From Planctomycetota bacterium (GTDB taxonomy: Bacteria > Planctomycetota > SZUA-567 > H5-PLA8), in assembly GCA_045863855.1 (NCBI GenBank), contig BTVV01000099.1:1-23713 (forward strand): a stretch of 23,713 nucleotides of DNA, given 5' to 3'. Numbering within the stretch: the first letter of the stretch is position 1; each line of letters starts with the position of its first letter. The notes under the pieces were generated by a model that ran no database searches, was not told the origin of the DNA, and saw only the letters and a program-made list of their open reading frames with translations. Below, piece by piece: positions 15,867 to 23,713 of the stretch. The position numbers and the translations under genes were made by a program.

Positions 15867-17696
15867 ATGGCCGTAAAGCTTCGCCTCGACCTCGCATGGG
15901 TCGTTGTTCTGGCGCTCGCAGGCGCCGAGTGCGCCGCGGAAACCTGGGTGACCGGCCCGTCGCACCGCGTGCTGCGGACCGAGAAAGCTCCGCAAGGCCG
16001 CGAACTCTGGGACGCCGCCACGCGCACGATCAAACTCTTTGCCGCGCGCAACGAATTCGCGGCGTTTCAGATCGTCTTTCCCGGCCCGCGCCAAGGCGTC
16101 AACCTCGCCCCGTTCAAGCTGACGGGACCGGACGGCGCCACACTGGAACACGTCGCGCTCCTGCGCGAGCATCACCTCAATACCCCCGTGCTCTCGCAGT
16201 TCGGCAAGAACGAGCACCCCAAGGATGTCCTGTGGCTGAACGAACGCTGCAAGGAGTTGGGCGCGCCCCGCGAGTTCCCCGAACTGCTCGTGCCGCTCGA
16301 CGCCAAGAAGTACGGTGCGCCTTTCGATTGCGCGGAAGGCAAGAACGAACTCATCTGGGTGGATATCTTCGTGCCCGAGGACGCCAAGCCCGGCGTGTAC
16401 AAAGCCGAATTCCAGGCGGGCGGCGAAAGCTTCAAGCTCGAACTGAACGTCTGGAACTTCACGCTGCCTTCGGTCAGCCACTTCCCGCAGTGGGCGTACA
16501 TCGGGCCGGAGCAGATTTCCTGGGGCTTTGGGCAGCCGCACCAGAAGATCCCCGAGATGCAGGACGCGTTCGACGCCTATTTTCAGATGGCGCACGACCA
16601 CCGGTTGAGCCTGACCGAAGGCTTCGGCTACGACGAGGCCTACATCAAAGGCGCGAACCGAAAGTTCTACGACCACTACACGGGCAAAGCCTTCAAGGGC
16701 CCCTTCGCGCCGGGCTTCGGCTTCGAACTGGTCCCCGTCGAAGAACAATTCTTCGAACTGGTGAAGAAGGAAGGCTGGCTCAATCGCGCCTTCGTGTATC
16801 TGATGGACGAGCCGGGCTCCAAGGAGCAGTACGACGAGATCGTCGCGAAGGGCAAGGCCATCGCGGAGAAGACCGGCGGGAAGCTGATGCGCTTCGTCAC
16901 CGAGCAGTTCGAGCCCAGCAAGCCCGACTGGCCGCACCTCGATCAGGCCGTCGAGGTTTTCTGCAGCGGCGCGATCCCGCCCGGCGACATTCCGGCCATC
17001 GAAGCCAAGGGCAATGTGGTCTGGACGTACAACGGCGGGCACATGGGCTCGGCCGCCATCGACGCCCCCGGACCGATCATGCGTTCGCATGCGTGGGCCG
17101 GCTTCGTCTCCGGCGCGCGCGCCTGGTACTTCTGGGAAGCCGGGTACGTCGTCGACAAGCACAACAAATGGAAAGGCCAGAGCAAGAACATCAACGCCGA
17201 TCCCGCCAAGTTCGTGACCGACGTCTGGAACAATCCGCTCAACTTCGACGAAGCCGAGAAGCCGTACAAAGGCAAGAAGTACCCGGCCGACTGGTCGATC
17301 CGGATCAACGGCGACGGGTTGCTCTTCTATCCCGGCAAGGAAGCGGGCATCAACGGCCCCATCGCCTCGTTCCGCCTCAAGGCGCTGCGCCACGGCGCGC
17401 AGGATTTCGAATATCTGTACCTTTTGGAAAAAATGGGCAAGCGCGACGACGCGTTCGCCGAAGCGAAGAAGCTCGTCGGCAGCGAAAGCGCCTCGACGGC
17501 CAGCAGCGACGGGCAGTCGGGAAAGCTCAAGCTCGACTACGACAAAGACGCCGCGCATTGGGAGTCCGCGCGCGTGCGCCTCGGCCAGATGCTCCACGAG
17601 ATCGGCGACGCGGCGATCCGCGCGAAAATCCAGCCCTACAACCAGTACCCCAACCCGGTGGGCCACCCGGATTACTTCGGCGGCAAGCGGTACTAA
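15867..17696 (+). CDS. Secreted DUF4091-domain protein, GH123-like putative glycoside hydrolase
   Basis: Signal peptide; ARNEFAAFQIV; WVDIFVPEDAKPGVY; YLMDEP; GDGLLFYPG; SFRLKALRHGAQDFEYL. GGGAG RBS favours ATG 15867. Confidence 0.78.
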   Translation: MAVKLRLDLAWVVVLALAGAECAAETWVTGPSHRVLRTEKAPQGRELWDAATRTIKLFAARNEFAAFQIVFPGPRQGVNLAPFKLTGPDGATLEHVALLREHHLNTPVLSQFGKNEHPKDVLWLNERCKELGAPREFPELLVPLDAKKYGAPFDCAEGKNELIWVDIFVPEDAKPGVYKAEFQAGGESFKLELNVWNFTLPSVSHFPQWAYIGPEQISWGFGQPHQKIPEMQDAFDAYFQMAHDHRLSLTEGFGYDEAYIKGANRKFYDHYTGKAFKGPFAPGFGFELVPVEEQFFELVKKEGWLNRAFVYLMDEPGSKEQYDEIVAKGKAIAEKTGGKLMRFVTEQFEPSKPDWPHLDQAVEVFCSGAIPPGDIPAIEAKGNVVWTYNGGHMGSAAIDAPGPIMRSHAWAGFVSGARAWYFWEAGYVVDKHNKWKGQSKNINADPAKFVTDVWNNPLNFDEAEKPYKGKKYPADWSIRINGDGLLFYPGKEAGINGPIASFRLKALRHGAQDFEYLYLLEKMGKRDDAFAEAKKLVGSESASTASSDGQSGKLKLDYDKDAAHWESARVRLGQMLHEIGDAAIRAKIQPYNQYPNPVGHPDYFGGKRY

Positions 17697-17705
17697 GCTC
17701 GGTCT

Positions 17706-17743
17706 TTGCCAGGATTCGCGAACGCGCGTAAGATTACGCGCGT
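17706..17743 (+). promoter_or_regulatory. sigma70-like promoter with overlapping palindromic operator candidate
   Basis: TTGCCA (17706-17711), 17 nt, TAAGAT (17729-17734). Perfect inverted repeat ACGCGCGTAA-GA-TTACGCGCGT at 17722-17743. Confidence 0.55.
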
Positions 17744-17761
17744 ACTCGGAGAACCTCGCAC

Positions 17762-18958
17762 ATGCCCGAACCCTTGGCCCCCGTGTTGCTCGTGAACGGC
17801 GAATTGGAGACGGTCACCCAAGGGCGTGTTTCGCGCGGCGAACTCCTGGTGAAGAACGGCCGCATCGCGGCGCTGGGCAAGCGCCTGTCAGCGACGCGTG
17901 GCTTGCGCCGCATCGACCTCAAGGGCGCGCTGGTCACGCCGGGACTGATCGACGCGCACAGCCATGTCGGGATGCTCGAAGACGGTCTGCCCAGTGACGG
18001 CGACTTCAACGAATCCACCGACGCAATGACGCCCGACGTCATGGCGCTCGATGCTTTCCGAACCAGCGACGTGGCGCTGCGCGAGGCCGCCGAATCGGGC
18101 GTCACCGCCGCGTTCATCATGCCCGGCAGCGCCAATGTGATCGGCGGACTGTGCGCCATCGTCAAAACCTTTGGCCTGCGCTACGCCGACTACATCGTGA
18201 ATGCCGAGGCCGGTTTCAAGATGGCGCTGGGCGAGAACCCCAAGCGCACACACGGCGGCAAAGGTAAGCGCCCCATCACGCGCATGGGTATCGCCGCGAT
18301 GATCCGGCAGGTCTTCGCCGACGCGGAAGCCTACGCCCACAAACGCACCCGGCTCAAGAAGGGCGATTCGGCCGCGCCGGACCTCAAGCTCGATTCCGTC
18401 GCGCGGATGCTGGCCGGCAAGCTGACGTGCCGCTGCCACGCGCACCGCGGCTTCGATATGCTTGCCTTCATGCGCATCGCCGACCGCCACAAGTTCCGCT
18501 ACGTCTTCGAACACGCGACCGAAGCGCTGGAAGTGATGGACGAACTCGCCGGCCGGCGCATCCCGATCGTCTTCGGGCCGACCTTCGGATCGCGCGGCAA
18601 GATCGAGACGCACTCGAAGGCCTGGTCCACTCCCGCGGCGGCCGCGAAGGCCGGCGTGCTATGCGCGATCACCGGCGACCATTCGGTCACGCCGCTTAGA
18701 CATCTGTGCGTGTACGCGGCGCTGGCCGTGCGCGCGGGGCTTTCCAACGCCGACGCGCTCAAGACCATCACCATCAACCCCGCGAAAATTCTCGGGGTCG
18801 AGAAGCGCTTGGGCTCGCTGGAGCCCGGCAAGGACGCCGACTTGGTCGTCTGGCCCGGCGATCCGCTCGATATCCGAAACGCGCCCACGCGCGTGATGAT
18901 CGGCGGGCGCTGGGTCGACGAGCATCCGGTGCCGACCCCGGCGCTTTACCGCAAATAG
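17762..18958 (+). CDS. Metal-dependent amidohydrolase family protein
   Basis: TPGLIDAHSH, KMALGENPK, CHAHR, EHATE, TGDH, TINPAKILG...GSLEPGKDADLVVW. Confidence 0.9.
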   Translation: MPEPLAPVLLVNGELETVTQGRVSRGELLVKNGRIAALGKRLSATRGLRRIDLKGALVTPGLIDAHSHVGMLEDGLPSDGDFNESTDAMTPDVMALDAFRTSDVALREAAESGVTAAFIMPGSANVIGGLCAIVKTFGLRYADYIVNAEAGFKMALGENPKRTHGGKGKRPITRMGIAAMIRQVFADAEAYAHKRTRLKKGDSAAPDLKLDSVARMLAGKLTCRCHAHRGFDMLAFMRIADRHKFRYVFEHATEALEVMDELAGRRIPIVFGPTFGSRGKIETHSKAWSTPAAAAKAGVLCAITGDHSVTPLRHLCVYAALAVRAGLSNADALKTITINPAKILGVEKRLGSLEPGKDADLVVWPGDPLDIRNAPTRVMIGGRWVDEHPVPTPALYRK

Positions 18959-18964
18959 CGCCGC

Positions 18965-19552
18965 TCAGGGATTCCAAGCCTCGGACGACCAGCCGCTCGC
19001 GCCTTGCCGCCGATAGTGCCAGCGCAAGTGCGGCAGCGGCCGCAAGTCGATGTAATCCACTTCTTCGAGTGACAGCACGCACAGCAAAAAGTTCGGCGCC
19101 GGAGCATCGGGGTCCGACGGCGGCGCCGAGAACGCGGCATCGGGTTCGCGCGGAAATCCCGGCCTCGGCCACGCGAAGGTCTGCCGCGAATCCTCGCGCT
19201 TCTCCTTCCAGACCCGCGCACGCTCGGCGCGAAGCGCGGCATCGGGGTGCGCGGCGCCCACGAGTTCCACGCGCCCTTCGAGACGGAACTGCTCGCGCGT
19301 GGCGAGGAAGTGCCAGCACGCCGCGGCAAAAGGCTGCGCCGTCAGCTCGCCCACCTTCGCGCTGTACAGGTTCGTCGTAAACAGGATGCGGTCGCCCGGA
19401 TCGAGCATGCCGCGGAAGAAAATCGTACGGTTCGCGGGACGTCCGTCGGCGCGTACGGTGGCCAGTTGCAGATAGCCGGCATCGGGGCGGAGGGGATTTT
19501 CGCGCAGCGCGCGGTCGAGCAGGGTGCGCCAAGGCGCGGGCGCGGCGGGCAT
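18965..19552 (-). CDS. Pyridoxamine 5'-phosphate oxidase-like FMN-binding protein (Npun_F5749/Alr4036-like)
   Basis: APWR..L.RAL, YLQLATVRADGRPANRTIFFRG, SAKV, CWHF..TREQFRLEG, FAWPRPG, VDYIDL, W...AWNP. Confidence 0.82.
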   Translation of the reverse strand: MPAAPAPWRTLLDRALRENPLRPDAGYLQLATVRADGRPANRTIFFRGMLDPGDRILFTTNLYSAKVGELTAQPFAAACWHFLATREQFRLEGRVELVGAAHPDAALRAERARVWKEKREDSRQTFAWPRPGFPREPDAAFSAPPSDPDAPAPNFLLCVLSLEEVDYIDLRPLPHLRWHYRRQGASGWSSEAWNP

Positions 19553-19555
19553 GCG

Positions 19556-19975
19556 CTACCCGGCGCGAACGGCGGCCAGCGCCTTGCGGCGCGCTTCGAT
19601 CCAGGCCAGCTTGCGTTCTTTCGCAGCCACTTCTTCGTCGCTCAACGCCTGCTGCGCCTTCGCTTCGGCGAACTCGGCGTCCAGCTTGGCCGGATCCATT
19701 TCGTCCACGCGCGCGGCTTCCTGCGTCAGGATCGTGGCGTTGTTGTCGCTAATCTGCAGGAATCCGCCGCGGACGGCGAAGCAGTCGAGCTTCCCGTCGG
19801 CGCGGGTCACGCGCAGCGCGCCCGTCCCGAGCAGGCCCAGAAACGCGGCGTGCCCGGGCAACACGCCCAGTTCCCCGTCGAAGGCCGGCGCCACCAGCGC
19901 GCGCGCGTCGGCGTCGAAGACGGCCCGCGCGGGCGTGATTACCGTGACGTGAATCTGCTTCTCGCCGCTTGCCAT
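19556..19975 (-). CDS. atpC: F1Fo ATP synthase subunit epsilon
   Basis: VITPAR, GELGVLPGHAA, FAVRGGFLQI; directly downstream of atpD. Confidence 0.93.
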   Translation of the reverse strand: MASGEKQIHVTVITPARAVFDADARALVAPAFDGELGVLPGHAAFLGLLGTGALRVTRADGKLDCFAVRGGFLQISDNNATILTQEAARVDEMDPAKLDAEFAEAKAQQALSDEEVAAKERKLAWIEARRKALAAVRAG

Positions 19976-20038
19976 GAGTGAAAGGCTCGGTGCAAACCGC
20001 GGCGAACGTCCCAGGCGCCGCGGCCGCGCGTCCGGCCC

Positions 20039-22842
<2,804 letters not shown>

Positions 22843-22893
22843 GCTTCGTATCCCCAGCCGCGGAGCCCCGTGAGGCGGCCGCCGCGAGCCGAC

Positions 22894-23713
22894 TTACTTC
22901 TTGACGAACCGAGCCTTCACGTCCTTGATCACCTGCGTCAGTTGCTTTTCCTGGTCTTCGCTGAGCGCCTTCTTCTCGTTGATCGCCTGCACCAGCTCCT
23001 TGTGCGCGTCGTTGATCTCCTGGATCAGCGCCTTCTCGTAGTCGCGCACCTTCGCCACCGGCAGGTCGTCCATGAAGCCCTTGGTCGCCGCGAAGATCGC
23101 GAAGATCTGGTTGCCGACCTTGACGGGCTCGTACTGGGCCTGCTTGAGCAGTTCCACCAGCCGGTAGCCGCGGTCGACCTGGCGCTGCGTGACCGGATCC
23201 AGTTCGGTGCCCAACTGCGCGAAGGCTTCCAGCGCGCGGAAGTTCGCGAGGTCCAGGCGCAGCGTGCCGGCGACCTTCTTCATGCCCTTGATCTGCGCGT
23301 TGCCGCCCACCCGGCTCACCGAGATGCCGACGTTCACCGCCGGGCGCACGCCCGCGTTGAACAAGTCCGGCTCCAGGTAAATCTGGCCGTCGGTGATCGA
23401 GATCACATTCGTCGGGATGTATGCCGAGACTTCGCCTTCCTGCGTCTCGATGATCGGGAGCGCCGTGAGCGAACCGCCGCTGCCGTACACGCGTCCCAGC
23501 TTGTAGCCCGACGCGTTCTCCATCTTCTTCAAGTCCTGCTCCGCCTCGTGCTGCCCGGTCTCGGAGGCGTACACCTTCGAGTTGACCGCATCGCTTTCCT
23601 TGAACGGCGCCTGCTTGGTGCCGGAAACGATCACGTACTTCTCGGCCAGCTTGGCGCTGCGCTCGAGCAGGCGGCTGTGCAGGTAGAAGACGTCGCCGGG
23701 ATACGCTTCGCGG
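22894..23713 (-). CDS. atpA: F1Fo ATP synthase subunit alpha, C-terminal part (5' end outside window)
   Basis: Frame is open to the window edge: [22 protein letters not shown]...[29 protein letters not shown]...[15 protein letters not shown]. Confidence 0.97.
   Translation of the reverse strand, partial: REAYPGDVFYLHSRLLERSAKLAEKYVIVSGTKQAPFKESDAVNSKVYASETGQHEAEQDLKKMENASGYKLGRVYGSGGSLTALPIIETQEGEVSAYIPTNVISITDGQIYLEPDLFNAGVRPAVNVGISVSRVGGNAQIKGMKKVAGTLRLDLANFRALEAFAQLGTELDPVTQRQVDRGYRLVELLKQAQYEPVKVGNQIFAIFAATKGFMDDLPVAKVRDYEKALIQEINDAHKELVQAINEKKALSEDQEKQLTQVIKDVKARFVKK

Noticed and set aside
19998..20024. GC hairpin CCGCGGCG...CGCCGCGG between atpD and atpC as a terminator
   Set aside because: No U-tract and it lies inside the operon; at most an mRNA-stability element, and plausible by chance at this GC content.

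Overview
This GC-rich bacterial window looks like core or semi-core chromosome. The AtpA insert, DUF58 gene and long Q/A-rich coiled-coil gene suggest Planctomycetota/PVC (inference). Left to right it holds: a two-gene membrane module (a 2084-aa protein with signal peptide, PA domain, degenerate M28-peptidase fold and MacB/FtsX permease part, then a 660-aa OPT-like transporter); cysH; a 54-aa basic protein missing from the ORF track; a HIT protein; a two-lobed aspartyl protease; a 972-aa exported coiled-coil protein converging on a DUF58 gene; a DUF4091 (GH123-like) protein; an amidohydrolase; and the distal F1Fo operon on the minus strand (atpA partial, atpG, an inserted PrcB_C-like gene, atpD, atpC, PNPOx-like gene). 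I saw no RNA genes, CRISPR arrays or mobile elements. The best candidate for an undescribed system is the pseudo-peptidase/FtsX fusion plus OPT-like transporter, which has no ABC ATPase in the window. All family calls come from motifs recognised by eye; no database search was run.
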